From an uncultured Gammaproteobacteria bacterium (GTDB lineage Bacteria > Patescibacteriota > Microgenomatia > JALYQM01): DNA of 64,000 bases. This document shows positions 32,719 to 42,131 of this stretch, piece by piece; positions within the stretch are counted from its first letter, which is position 1, and each line of letters begins with the position of its first letter. The stretch covers positions 520,630 to 584,629 of the forward strand of contig CAYOFQ010000001.1 of assembly GCA_964403585.1 (NCBI GenBank). Reading direction: 5' to 3'. The translations under genes were made by a program, and so were the position numbers. The notes under the pieces were generated by a model. That model did no database searches and had not been told where the DNA came from. It saw only the letters and a program-made list of their open reading frames with translations.

Positions 32719-33722
32719 TGTTTCACTCGGCCCGTCTTAAACTAACCGGTTGGTATCTGCTTATCATCATGCTCGTGAGCGTCTCCTTCAGCATGATTAT
32801 CTATTCGATGATTTCCAGCGAGCTGGAACGATCATTAAAAATCCAGCGCTACCGGATATACAATCCCGGTTATGGTATTGCCATTCCGGTTCCCGCACCT
32901 GCTCCCGACCCGGATGTGCTTGATGACGCGCGTCAAAGACTTATCTGGCGGCTGGTAAATATTAATTCCATAATTCTGGTCCTTGCGGGAGCGGCCGGAT
33001 ATTTTTTGGCAGGAAGAACACTGCAACCGATCGAAGATATGCTGAAAGATCAAAATCGTTTTATAACCGATGCCTCCCATGAACTTCGAACACCACTCAC
33101 TTCCCTGAAAACATCCATCGAAGTAAATCTCCGCGATGAAAACTTGACTGCCGCTGAAGCCAGGGATGTTCTGCGCAGTAACCTCGAAGAAGTAAATAAT
33201 TTACAAACGTTAACTGACGGTCTCATAAATCTTGCGCAACATCCTAGTGTACACACGACTAAGATTACCGGGGAGGTCCAGTTGAAAGCTGCCGCTCAAG
33301 ATGCTGTGCGAAAAGTATTACCAATGGCAGAGCTAAAGGGAATTGAGATTATCAATGAAATAAGTGAACATACGTTTACCGGCGACCAGCGCAATATTGT
33401 CGAATTATTTGTTATTCTTTTGGATAACGCCATTAAATACAGTCCGGAAAAAACCTCCATTACGCTTTCTTCTACTACGATAGATGGCAAAATATTCATC
33501 AAAGTGCGGGATCAGGGAATTGGCATAGACGATCAGGATCTAGTGCACATCTTTGACCGTTTTTACCGCGCCGATCCGTCACGAACTAAATCTCAGGCAA
33601 CCGGATATGGACTTGGACTCTCCATTGCCAAAAAAATAGTTGACTCTCACAACGGAACAATTTCCGCAAAAAGTAAAATTGGTGAAGGAACAGAATTTAC
33701 TATAGTATTGCCAAATAAATAA
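32718..33722 (+). CDS. Membrane sensor histidine kinase, cognate to the 32038 regulator
   Basis: Two TM helices. H-box DASHELRTPLTSL. HATPase_c G-boxes. Overlaps the regulator stop. Confidence 0.9.
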   Translation: MFHSARLKLTGWYLLIIMLVSVSFSMIIYSMISSELERSLKIQRYRIYNPGYGIAIPVPAPAPDPDVLDDARQRLIWRLVNINSIILVLAGAAGYFLAGRTLQPIEDMLKDQNRFITDASHELRTPLTSLKTSIEVNLRDENLTAAEARDVLRSNLEEVNNLQTLTDGLINLAQHPSVHTTKITGEVQLKAAAQDAVRKVLPMAELKGIEIINEISEHTFTGDQRNIVELFVILLDNAIKYSPEKTSITLSSTTIDGKIFIKVRDQGIGIDDQDLVHIFDRFYRADPSRTKSQATGYGLGLSIAKKIVDSHNGTISAKSKIGEGTEFTIVLPNK

Positions 33723-33736
33723 ACATACAATAGAAC

Positions 33737-34624
33737 TTGATGACGCAGAAATCTCATTACCATCAACTGCTGGAAAAGTGGTCCAGGCGGCATGAAGAAG
33801 TAAAAACCAGAGTACTCGAAAAACATAAAGAAGCGTTTACCTGGCTATGGGAAAGTTTACCGTCACGTAAGCATGTCGCTGCCGGTTCCATGAGTGCCAT
33901 ACTCATGCTCAGTGGACCTTCAAGTCTCGCTCTCCCTGCTCCGGCACCGCATATTCAACAGATCACAGCTCCTAAACAATTGGATAAGAAATCGGCCATG
34001 GTTTTGGAACTTGCCATTGAGGTTCCGCATGAAGTTCGTAAACTTAATCAATCGGAAGAACAAAACATTGCCCATATTTTATCTGACTACTACGCCTTGC
34101 CGGTAACACCGGAAATAAATACTATCCGCATGGAACGGAATTACGGCTTAATCGGAGCCGAGCAGCACTTACCCCGTTTCCCGGGAGATTCGGTAGTAAA
34201 GCAGTTAAAAACCCCTGATGAAAAAGCCATGTATGCACGTTCAGGTATTACACCGGGACTCGGAGCGTGGCGGTATTTTGCCGACTCCGAAAGAGAACTT
34301 ACCGAAAAAGATATCGAACGGGAGAAGTGGTACATTGCCGCTCCTACCTTTGCTGCACCCGGGTTCAATGAACACGTCAGCGAGTATAAGGATTTTTTCA
34401 AATATCGAAAAGTATTAGTGGTTAATCCGAAAACCGGTCAGGCTGTCGTTACCGATATTGCCGATGCCGGGCCAGGTCAATCAACAGGTAAGCATCTCGG
34501 AGGGTCGCCGGAAGTTATGCACCATCTCGGACTCGGCGCAGGACCACGCAAAGGTGCGGTGTTATACTTTTTTATCGATGATCCAGGTGATACAATCCCG
34601 TTAGGTCCGGTACTCCCAAAATAA
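33737..34624 (+). CDS. Protein with a C-terminal RlpA-like double-psi beta-barrel (DPBB) domain
   Basis: C-terminal YRKVLVVNPKTGQAVVTDIADAGPGQSTGKHLGGSPEVMHHLGL matches the RlpA/DPBB core (vrVtN..G.svvvrvnDrGP..r.iDLS..a...Lg). Confidence 0.5.
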   Translation: MMTQKSHYHQLLEKWSRRHEEVKTRVLEKHKEAFTWLWESLPSRKHVAAGSMSAILMLSGPSSLALPAPAPHIQQITAPKQLDKKSAMVLELAIEVPHEVRKLNQSEEQNIAHILSDYYALPVTPEINTIRMERNYGLIGAEQHLPRFPGDSVVKQLKTPDEKAMYARSGITPGLGAWRYFADSERELTEKDIEREKWYIAAPTFAAPGFNEHVSEYKDFFKYRKVLVVNPKTGQAVVTDIADAGPGQSTGKHLGGSPEVMHHLGLGAGPRKGAVLYFFIDDPGDTIPLGPVLPK

Positions 34625-34626
34625 AT

Positions 34627-34944
34627 ATGAAACATTTTTACAGTGATATCATTGAAATTGAAACCTTGATAGTGGAATTGGATACTTTAGATATCTCACC
34701 GCAGCAAAAACAACACCTGATAAAAATTGCTCAGGATACTATTCACCATACAATACTCGATATAATTTTGTCCGAATTATCAGAAGAGGACAAAAAAGTA
34801 TTTCTGGAAAATCATGCCGAAAATGATCACGATAAAATTTGGGTACACCTCAAGGAAAAGATTGCTAATATCGAAACTAAAATAAAGTTTACTGCCGACA
34901 TGTTAAAAAAAGAGCTCCATGAAGACCTCAAACAGATCAGGTAA
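34627..34944 (+). CDS. Hypothetical small acidic protein
   Basis: 105 aa ORF tightly spaced after the upstream gene. Confidence 0.4.
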   Translation: MKHFYSDIIEIETLIVELDTLDISPQQKQHLIKIAQDTIHHTILDIILSELSEEDKKVFLENHAENDHDKIWVHLKEKIANIETKIKFTADMLKKELHEDLKQIR

Positions 34945-35007
34945 CTTCTCGGTTAATTATATTACATAAGTAGTGTATACTTATAAAACGACAGGAAAGG
35001 AATTCTT

Positions 35008-35412
35008 ATGTCCGCTGAGGTAACAAGTGTAATGGTAATTGAAGACGATACACAGTTGTTACAGACGATCACTGCTAAACTTAGTCAAAGTGGAATTCGG
35101 ACTGTTTCATGCGTAAGTGGAGCACAAGCTATTGAGTATTTAAAAAGCCTGGATGAATTACCAACAGCCATCTTTGTCAGTTACAACCTTAAACATACAA
35201 ATCCGCTTGATATGTATGCGGAAATCCAAGCCAATAATAATTGGCAACACATTCCGGTAGGAATTGCTACCGAATATCAGGATTCAGGCATGGTTAAAAC
35301 GATGCTTATACTCGGACAACAGGGATATTCATTAATTTCCAATAAGAGTGTTAACGAGCTCGTCGACATTATTAAAGATTTAAATACGAAAGAATCGAAT
35401 ACTTTTCAATGA
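35008..35412 (+). CDS. Receiver-like single-domain protein lacking the phospho-acceptor Asp (pseudo-receiver)
   Basis: CheY-like fold pattern (IEDD acidic pair, TEY Thr, distal Lys). Ser-Tyr replaces Asp at the phospho-acceptor position (AIFVSYNL). Confidence 0.45.
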   Translation: MSAEVTSVMVIEDDTQLLQTITAKLSQSGIRTVSCVSGAQAIEYLKSLDELPTAIFVSYNLKHTNPLDMYAEIQANNNWQHIPVGIATEYQDSGMVKTMLILGQQGYSLISNKSVNELVDIIKDLNTKESNTFQ

Positions 35413-36764
35413 AAACAATTACTTGTATCGGTGCGGCAGGAACAGTAACCGGATCATCATTTATTCTCTCCTCAGATAACCATAGCCCGTTACTTATAGA
35501 CTTTGGTATGTTCCAGGGAAAAGATGCCATTCCCGAGTCTAATAACAGCTCGGTGCCATTCAATGTCCACGAAATCGAAGCTGTACTACTAACACACGCG
35601 CATATTGATCACTGTGGCAGATTGCCGCTGTTGATCACCTACGGGTATACCGGAAAAATTTACATGACCGAAGCTACACGCGATTTAGTTTCGTTGGCGC
35701 TCTATGATTCAGCAAAAATTGCCAAAATGAAAAATGCCGACTTCCCGTTATATACAGAAAAAGAAGTTGACGCGCTCCTTAGTCTGGTGGAAACGGTCCA
35801 ATATCATCAACCATTTGCCATTGAAAATTATGACATTACCTTTCATGATGCCGGGCATATTCTGGGCTCTTCAATTATCGAAATAACAGACACCTCCGGA
35901 GCAGACGACATCAAAACAATTATCTTCAGCGGTGACTTGGGAAATACACCACAGGATATTATCTGCCCGACGGAGTTAATCGAACGGGCTGATATTGTAG
36001 TAATGGAATCAACCTACGGGGATAAAAATCATATCGAGGAAGATACTCTCGAGATGATACAGAACGAAATAAATATTATTGAAAAATCCAACGGCACATT
36101 ACTGATGCCGGCTTTCTCAATGGATAGAACCCAGGTCATTCTCCACCGGCTGAACCACCTTAAATCGGAAAAACGTATTGACCCGTTCACACCAATTTAT
36201 CTTGATTCTCCAATGAGTATTCAGGCAACATCAATTTACCGCAGCTATAAAAACTTATACAATTCCGAAGCCTCAAAACACGTTCAGTCGGAAGACATTT
36301 TCGATTTTCCCGGTCTAACCATGATCGAAGATATTCGCGACAGCAACCGGCTGCAGGAAGCACCGGGTGCGAAGGTAATTATTGCCGGAAATGGCATGGT
36401 CACCGGTGGCCGCATTCTGGGGCACGCAGCACATTTTCTTCCAAAAAATACCACGCGACTGCTCATTACCGGGTATCAGGCCGAAGATACACACGGTCGT
36501 GAGCTCGAAGAAGGAGCTAAAATAATCTCGATTGATGATCGCAACGTCAAAGTACGTGCCTCGGTAACCAAAATTGAAGGACTAAGCGCGCACGCCGATC
36601 AACAGAAATTGCTTCACTGGATTGGCAATATTAAAGATGTCAAAAAGGTCATTCTTGTACATGGCGAAAACCAGTCTCGTGAAATATTGGCCGGAAAAAT
36701 TAAAGAGCAGAGCGCCACAACAGAAGTCATCATTCCTCACGCCAACGACAAAGTTACCCTCTAA
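35409..36764 (+). CDS. Metallo-beta-lactamase fold beta-CASP ribonuclease (RNase J/CPSF-like)
   Basis: HAHIDHCGRLP (HxHxDH). beta-CASP motifs. Terminal His (VHGE). 451 aa. Confidence 0.8.
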   Translation: MKTITCIGAAGTVTGSSFILSSDNHSPLLIDFGMFQGKDAIPESNNSSVPFNVHEIEAVLLTHAHIDHCGRLPLLITYGYTGKIYMTEATRDLVSLALYDSAKIAKMKNADFPLYTEKEVDALLSLVETVQYHQPFAIENYDITFHDAGHILGSSIIEITDTSGADDIKTIIFSGDLGNTPQDIICPTELIERADIVVMESTYGDKNHIEEDTLEMIQNEINIIEKSNGTLLMPAFSMDRTQVILHRLNHLKSEKRIDPFTPIYLDSPMSIQATSIYRSYKNLYNSEASKHVQSEDIFDFPGLTMIEDIRDSNRLQEAPGAKVIIAGNGMVTGGRILGHAAHFLPKNTTRLLITGYQAEDTHGRELEEGAKIISIDDRNVKVRASVTKIEGLSAHADQQKLLHWIGNIKDVKKVILVHGENQSREILAGKIKEQSATTEVIIPHANDKVTL

Positions 36765-36852
36765 AGTGATCCATATCACATACTCTCTTGATACGTTTGT
36801 TATCATAAACTTATGATAAATACATCCCTATGGAGGGGATGGGGAGGGAGAA

Positions 36853-37227
36853 ATGAAAAATAAATTTATTATCTGGGGATTCATGATTGCGTTTATTGGT
36901 CTGGGGCTGGGTTTCACCATTGGCAGAAGCGCCGATCCGTTTAAGATAGGACAAGTGGATACCCCTAAAAATGAAACTTCCATGAAGAATCCCCCGGACG
37001 AACAAAAAAACGACCAGGAAAACCGGAATACCGCAGGAGACTATGATCTGAATTTTATTAACGCAATGATTGCCCACCATGAAACAGCTATCGCTATGGC
37101 GACAGAAGCCAAAGAAAAAAGTCAGAAAGACGAAATAAAAAAAATGTCCGACGATATTATCAAAGCACAGTCCCGCGAAATAGAACACTTAAAGTTATGG
37201 AAGGAGGACTGGTATGGAGATCGATAA
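36853..37227 (+). CDS. DUF305 family protein (copper-locus associated)
   Basis: Signal/anchor plus DLNFINAMIAHHETAIAMA, the DUF305 HH motif. Confidence 0.7.
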   Translation: MKNKFIIWGFMIAFIGLGLGFTIGRSADPFKIGQVDTPKNETSMKNPPDEQKNDQENRNTAGDYDLNFINAMIAHHETAIAMATEAKEKSQKDEIKKMSDDIIKAQSREIEHLKLWKEDWYGDR

Positions 37228-37579
37228 AATTATTGTTATTTTAGCAGGCAGCTTATGGATACTTTTTATATATTCATACTTCCTCAACCATAAAGAAGAC
37301 GCAGTCGCAGTGATCGGCAGCAAAATTCATATCCGTGTCGATGGGGGATACAAACCGCAAACCATCTCGGTTAAAAAAGGTCAAAAAGTTCAGCTTGAGT
37401 TTGAGCGAACCGATCCCAGTTCTTGTCTGGAGGAGGTTGTGTTACCGGATTTCGGCAAGCGGCAGTTTCTCCCGTTAAATAAGAAAACAGAAATTGAGAT
37501 AGCGCCGAGCAAGACCGGTGAATATGAAATTTCTTGTGGTATGAATATGTTTCATGGAAAGATAGTTGTGGAGGACTAA
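37214..37579 (+). CDS. Membrane-anchored cupredoxin-like copper-binding protein
   Basis: N-terminal TM helix. Cys in SSCLEE. C-terminal C..M..H ligand set in ISCGMNMFHGKIVV. Confidence 0.65.
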   Translation: MEIDKIIVILAGSLWILFIYSYFLNHKEDAVAVIGSKIHIRVDGGYKPQTISVKKGQKVQLEFERTDPSSCLEEVVLPDFGKRQFLPLNKKTEIEIAPSKTGEYEISCGMNMFHGKIVVED

Positions 37580-37582
37580 TAA

Positions 37583-39805
37583 ATGAAAACGCAAACAATC
37601 CCCATCCTGGGGATGCACTGTGCATCATGTGCCGTGAGCATCGAACGGAAATTAAAAAAACTTCCCGGGATGCAAAGTGCTGCTGTAAACTATGCCTCAG
37701 AAAAAGCTGCGGTGGAATATGATCCTTTATCCTGTGATGAAGAAAAAATCGCCAGCACGGTCAAAAGTTTAGGATATACTGCGGTAATCGAAAGCCCGGT
37801 TGATACATCGGATGTTGTCGAAAAAGTAAAACGACAGGAACTTTCACAGCTAAAAACAAAATTAATCATCAGCGGAATACTTACAGTTTTCATTTTATTG
37901 GGAAGCTTTCCGCAAATATTCAGAATAACTCCAGCATTTTTGCAGGACCCGGTTTCACTGTTTGTGTTAGCTGTGCCGATTCAGTTTGTTATCGGATGGC
38001 AGTTTTATCGCAGTACCTATGCCTCATTAAAAAACCATACTGCCAATATGGATACATTAATCGCCTTTGGAACTACAGCGGCATTTCTATTTTCGACCGT
38101 CATGACTTTTTTCCCCGGAATAATGATGGAGTATGGTGTGGAAGGACATTATTTTGATGTTTCTTCACTGGTAATAACTTTGATTCTTTTGGGAAATTAT
38201 TTCGAATCGAATGCCAAGGGAAAAACGGGTCAGGCCATAAAAAAGTTACTTAATCTGCAGGCAAAAACAGCCAGGGTGATGAGAAACGGCAGCGAAATAG
38301 ATATTCCAATCGCACAGGTAATTATTGGTGACCAGATTATCGTACGGCCGGGGGATAAAATCCCTGTTGATGGCACAATTTCCGAAGGGCGAGGCACAAT
38401 TGATGAGTCAATGGTTACTGGCGAGTCATTACCAAAAGAAGTCTCCGCCGGAGAGGCAGTGGTTGGTGGCACGATCAATACGAATGGTTCATTTACCTTC
38501 GCGGCGACGAAAGTAGGCAGTCAAACGTTACTCTCCCAGATTATCGCACTGATCGAAAGTGCACAGAGTTCGAAAGCGCCCATGCAACGACTCGCCGACA
38601 CCATTTCATCCTACTTCGTTCCGATTGTACTGATGATTGCGGTCTTTACGTTTATGATTTGGTATGTAATCGGACCTGAACCACGATTATTATTCTCCGT
38701 GCTTAATGCGGTTGCTGTACTGGTAATCGCCTGTCCCTGCGCCATGGGATTGGCAACACCGACCGCAATTATGGTAGGCACTGGTAAAGGCGCTCAAAAC
38801 GGGATATTAATAAAAAATGCCGAAAAGCTTGAAACAGCGCACAAAGTCACCACCTTTATCTTTGACAAGACAGGCACATTAACAAAAGGTAAGCCGTCTG
38901 TATCTGAGGTAAAAATATATAATAATGCAGACGAAAATGAAGTACTAACCGCAGCGGCATCGCTAGAAAAAAACTCAACACATCCCCTGGCTGAAAGTAT
39001 TGTGCGCTATGCCCAATCAAAGAGCCTTGCATTGATAGCAGTCTCCGATACTCACTATATCCCGGGGATGGGGATCCAGGGTACAGTTGAGGATAAAGAA
39101 GTAGTTATTGGCGAAAAAATTATTCATCAAAAAAATATCGACTACTCTGCAGTTGTTTCGGATATAATCTTGCTGCAGTCACAAGCCCAAACAGTACTCC
39201 CGGTAGCAATTAATCAACAAATTGTTGGCTTAATCGCCATTTCGGACCCTGTAAAAGAAGAGTCATCCAAAGTAATTTCTCAGCTACACAAGTTAAAAAT
39301 AGAAGCTATCATGCTGACAGGTGATAACGAAAAAACAGCTGAGGCTATAGCCGGGAAAGTTGGTATAAAAAAGTTCATTGCCAATGTTCTCCCGCAGGAT
39401 AAAGAAAACGAAGTAAGAAAGCTGCAGCAACAAGGAAAAATTGTTGCCATGGTCGGGGACGGTATTAACGACGCACCTGCCCTGGCTGCTGCTGATATTG
39501 GTATCGCCATGGGTTCAGGAACAGATGTTGCCATCGAAACTTCCGACATCGTTTTGCTTGGAGGTGATATAAGTAAATTACCGCAGGCCATACGTTTGTC
39601 TAAACAGACAATGGCAACCATTAAACAGAACTTGTTCTGGGCCTTCGGGTATAACGTTATTTTAATACCGGTTGCTATGGGAGTACTGTATCCGGTGTGG
39701 GGTATGTTGCTTAATCCCGTTTTGGCATCAGTCGCAATGGCTCTAAGTTCAATTAGTGTTGTAATGAATTCGTTACGACTGAATTTAGTAAAATTAAACA
39801 AATAA
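37583..39805 (+). CDS. copA: Copper-translocating P1B-type ATPase
   Basis: HMA domain GMHCASCAVSIE. CPC motif ACPCAMGLATP. DKTGTLT and GDGINDAP motifs. 740 aa. Confidence 0.95.
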   Translation: MKTQTIPILGMHCASCAVSIERKLKKLPGMQSAAVNYASEKAAVEYDPLSCDEEKIASTVKSLGYTAVIESPVDTSDVVEKVKRQELSQLKTKLIISGILTVFILLGSFPQIFRITPAFLQDPVSLFVLAVPIQFVIGWQFYRSTYASLKNHTANMDTLIAFGTTAAFLFSTVMTFFPGIMMEYGVEGHYFDVSSLVITLILLGNYFESNAKGKTGQAIKKLLNLQAKTARVMRNGSEIDIPIAQVIIGDQIIVRPGDKIPVDGTISEGRGTIDESMVTGESLPKEVSAGEAVVGGTINTNGSFTFAATKVGSQTLLSQIIALIESAQSSKAPMQRLADTISSYFVPIVLMIAVFTFMIWYVIGPEPRLLFSVLNAVAVLVIACPCAMGLATPTAIMVGTGKGAQNGILIKNAEKLETAHKVTTFIFDKTGTLTKGKPSVSEVKIYNNADENEVLTAAASLEKNSTHPLAESIVRYAQSKSLALIAVSDTHYIPGMGIQGTVEDKEVVIGEKIIHQKNIDYSAVVSDIILLQSQAQTVLPVAINQQIVGLIAISDPVKEESSKVISQLHKLKIEAIMLTGDNEKTAEAIAGKVGIKKFIANVLPQDKENEVRKLQQQGKIVAMVGDGINDAPALAAADIGIAMGSGTDVAIETSDIVLLGGDISKLPQAIRLSKQTMATIKQNLFWAFGYNVILIPVAMGVLYPVWGMLLNPVLASVAMALSSISVVMNSLRLNLVKLNK

Positions 39806-39809
39806 AATT

Positions 39810-40865
39810 ATGAATGTTGATCTTATACCAATTATTGTCGCAGCTGTTACAACCGGAGGGTTGACTTGTTTTGCGGTCCAGGGAGGACTGTTAACATCTG
39901 CAATCGCTCAAATAAAAAAAAAGCAACCGACGGAAGAAAATCCCACGCCGGCATCCCAAGAGCAGTTAACGCAGAATGCGACCATCACATTTGTACTGGT
40001 CAAAATAATTGTGTACACAGTTCTCGGCGCATTACTGGGAGCGTTTGGATCGGTACTCTCGATTACTCCCCGTATGCAGGGGATTATTCAGTTACTTGCA
40101 GGCATCTATATGCTTGGCATAGCGTTAAACATGCTGAATGCGCATCCGGTATTCAGATATTTCCTCCTCCAGCCACCTAAATTTTTGCAACGTCTTATTC
40201 GCAAAACAGCCAAAGGGTCGAGTGAGTTCGCGACTCCGGCATTATTGGGATTAATGACGCTTTTTATTCCCTGTGGAACGACACTGGCCATGGAAGCATT
40301 GGCAATTGCCAGCGGGAATGCATTATCCGGAGCGTTGATAATGGGGACATTTGTGACATTCTCTTCGTGGATATTCATTGCCACCGGTTTTGCAGCAAAC
40401 TCAATTGAAAAGTATCTTGGGACTAATTTTGCCAGAATTACCGCAACATTGTTAATAGTGCTTGCTGTTCTTTCGATAAATGCTGCCGGTAATTTATTGG
40501 GATTCCCATACACTCTCAATTCGTTTGGCGGTCAGCAGACCGCAACCGAAACTAAATCTGAATCGGGAGCTGTTGCCGGGGCGACTAGTGAAAGCGGAAC
40601 AACGCAGAATGTCAAAATACTGGTGACGTCCAGCGGGTACCAGTCGGATACCACTACCTTAAAGAAAAATGTTCCGGTTGAACTGACCCTTGAATCAAAG
40701 AATGCATATAGTTGTGCCAGCGCCTTTTCAATTCCCAGCCTGAACAAAACGGTGATGTTACCGCCAACCGGAATCACCAAAATTCGTTTCACTCCACAAA
40801 AAAGTGGACGCTTGGTATACAGCTGTTCGATGGGAATGTATCGTGGGGATTTTTCTGTAATATAA
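39810..40865 (+). CDS. Polytopic membrane protein (DsbD_2/CcdA-like) fused to a C-terminal cupredoxin-like domain
   Basis: About 6 TM helices with LFIPCGTTL. C-terminal soluble domain ending YSCSMGMYRGDFSV, similar to the 37214 cupredoxin. Confidence 0.55.
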   Translation: MNVDLIPIIVAAVTTGGLTCFAVQGGLLTSAIAQIKKKQPTEENPTPASQEQLTQNATITFVLVKIIVYTVLGALLGAFGSVLSITPRMQGIIQLLAGIYMLGIALNMLNAHPVFRYFLLQPPKFLQRLIRKTAKGSSEFATPALLGLMTLFIPCGTTLAMEALAIASGNALSGALIMGTFVTFSSWIFIATGFAANSIEKYLGTNFARITATLLIVLAVLSINAAGNLLGFPYTLNSFGGQQTATETKSESGAVAGATSESGTTQNVKILVTSSGYQSDTTTLKKNVPVELTLESKNAYSCASAFSIPSLNKTVMLPPTGITKIRFTPQKSGRLVYSCSMGMYRGDFSVI

Positions 40866-40874
40866 GGAGGAAGT

Positions 40875-41084
40875 ATGAAAAAGACATTTAAAATTACCGG
40901 CATGCATTGTACCAGCTGTGCGATGTTAATCGACGGAGACCTTGAAGATACACATGGAGTACAGAGCGCAACCACTAATTACGCAAAGGCCGAAACAGAG
41001 ATAGACTTTAACGAAGCAATTATTTCAGATGAACAATTGGTCCAGGTTATTAAAAACCTTGGCTATCAGGCGGAGTACATATGA
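40875..41084 (+). CDS. copZ: Copper chaperone CopZ (HMA domain)
   Basis: 69 aa with GMHCTSCAMLIDGDLE. Confidence 0.85.
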   Translation: MKKTFKITGMHCTSCAMLIDGDLEDTHGVQSATTNYAKAETEIDFNEAIISDEQLVQVIKNLGYQAEYI

Positions 41085-41353
41085 CGAAAGACAAAGAGTT
41101 TAAAGACAAATTGTTACATAGATTAAAAATTGCGCGCGGGCATCTTACCAAAGTGATTGATATGGTTGAAAGCGATGAATATTGCCTGGATATCATTCAC
41201 CAGTCGCAGGCAATCCAGAAAGCGCTTAAGGAAGCCGACCATATAACACTTGAAAACCATTTGAACACGTGTGTTATCGATCAAATCAAAAAAGGAAAAA
41301 CCAAAAATTCAATCGAAGAAATCATGAAAGTAGTTAAAAAAAGCTATAATTAA
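41081..41353 (+). CDS. csoR: CsoR/RcnR-family metal-sensing transcriptional repressor
   Basis: 90 aa with LKIARGHLTKVIDMVE..YCLDIIHQSQAIQ..C (the C-H-C ligand pattern). 4-nt overlap with copZ. Confidence 0.8.
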   Translation: MTKDKEFKDKLLHRLKIARGHLTKVIDMVESDEYCLDIIHQSQAIQKALKEADHITLENHLNTCVIDQIKKGKTKNSIEEIMKVVKKSYN

Positions 41354-41369
41354 AGAGTATAATTTCTCT

Positions 41370-42131
41370 ATGTACGATCAGGTCTTTATAGAAAACAAGC
41401 AAACTAAAGTCGGCATTAATCCGCAGGGAGGGTATGTAACCTCCTGGAAAATTAATGACACGGATATCCTCTATCAGGGTAGCTCAATTCGTCGTACCGG
41501 CATTCCAATCCTTTTTCCCTACTATGGAAAAGCACATCAGACGCGCATGCATGGATTTGGGCGGGACTGCCAATGGGAAATCAGTACTCATGATCAGGCA
41601 TCGGTGACAATGGAACTGACACCGGACAATCTTACCGAAGAAGACCGCCGTGATTATCCATTCGAATTTTCCGCTCAAATTACTGTTAACCTTCTTAGTG
41701 ATTCCGAACTACTGTATACACTGGAAGTTACAAATAATGATTCCAAAGATCTGCCTATTTCACCGGGGATTCACCCGTATTGGTCGATTCCGCATCAGGA
41801 AAAGCCGGCCATTTCGATTAACGGAATTAATGGATTCAGCGCCGCATCAGTTGATTGGAACAATACCCCGCCTGATGATCCGTATGATTTTTCGGGTCAA
41901 GCCACCGTCAGTTTAGGAAATAAGACACTTGGTATCGAAGAGCTTTCATTACCACGAGTCGTAAAATTTTTACAGCTCTGGTCTCAAACTCCGGTTCGGG
42001 ATCCTGATTTTAATTTCCTTTGTGTCGAACCAATTTGCGGGCTGAATTACGGCATTGAAGAATCACCGTTATTAGTAAAACAAGGTGAAACGTGGCAAAT
42101 GAAGGTTAGGTTTTCTATTACTAGTGTGTAA
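41370..42131 (+). CDS. Aldose 1-epimerase family protein (mutarotase-like)
   Basis: 253 aa. Galactose-mutarotase-like beta-sandwich motifs (GIPILFPY..G..HGF.R.). Confidence 0.65.
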   Translation: MYDQVFIENKQTKVGINPQGGYVTSWKINDTDILYQGSSIRRTGIPILFPYYGKAHQTRMHGFGRDCQWEISTHDQASVTMELTPDNLTEEDRRDYPFEFSAQITVNLLSDSELLYTLEVTNNDSKDLPISPGIHPYWSIPHQEKPAISINGINGFSAASVDWNNTPPDDPYDFSGQATVSLGNKTLGIEELSLPRVVKFLQLWSQTPVRDPDFNFLCVEPICGLNYGIEESPLLVKQGETWQMKVRFSITSV

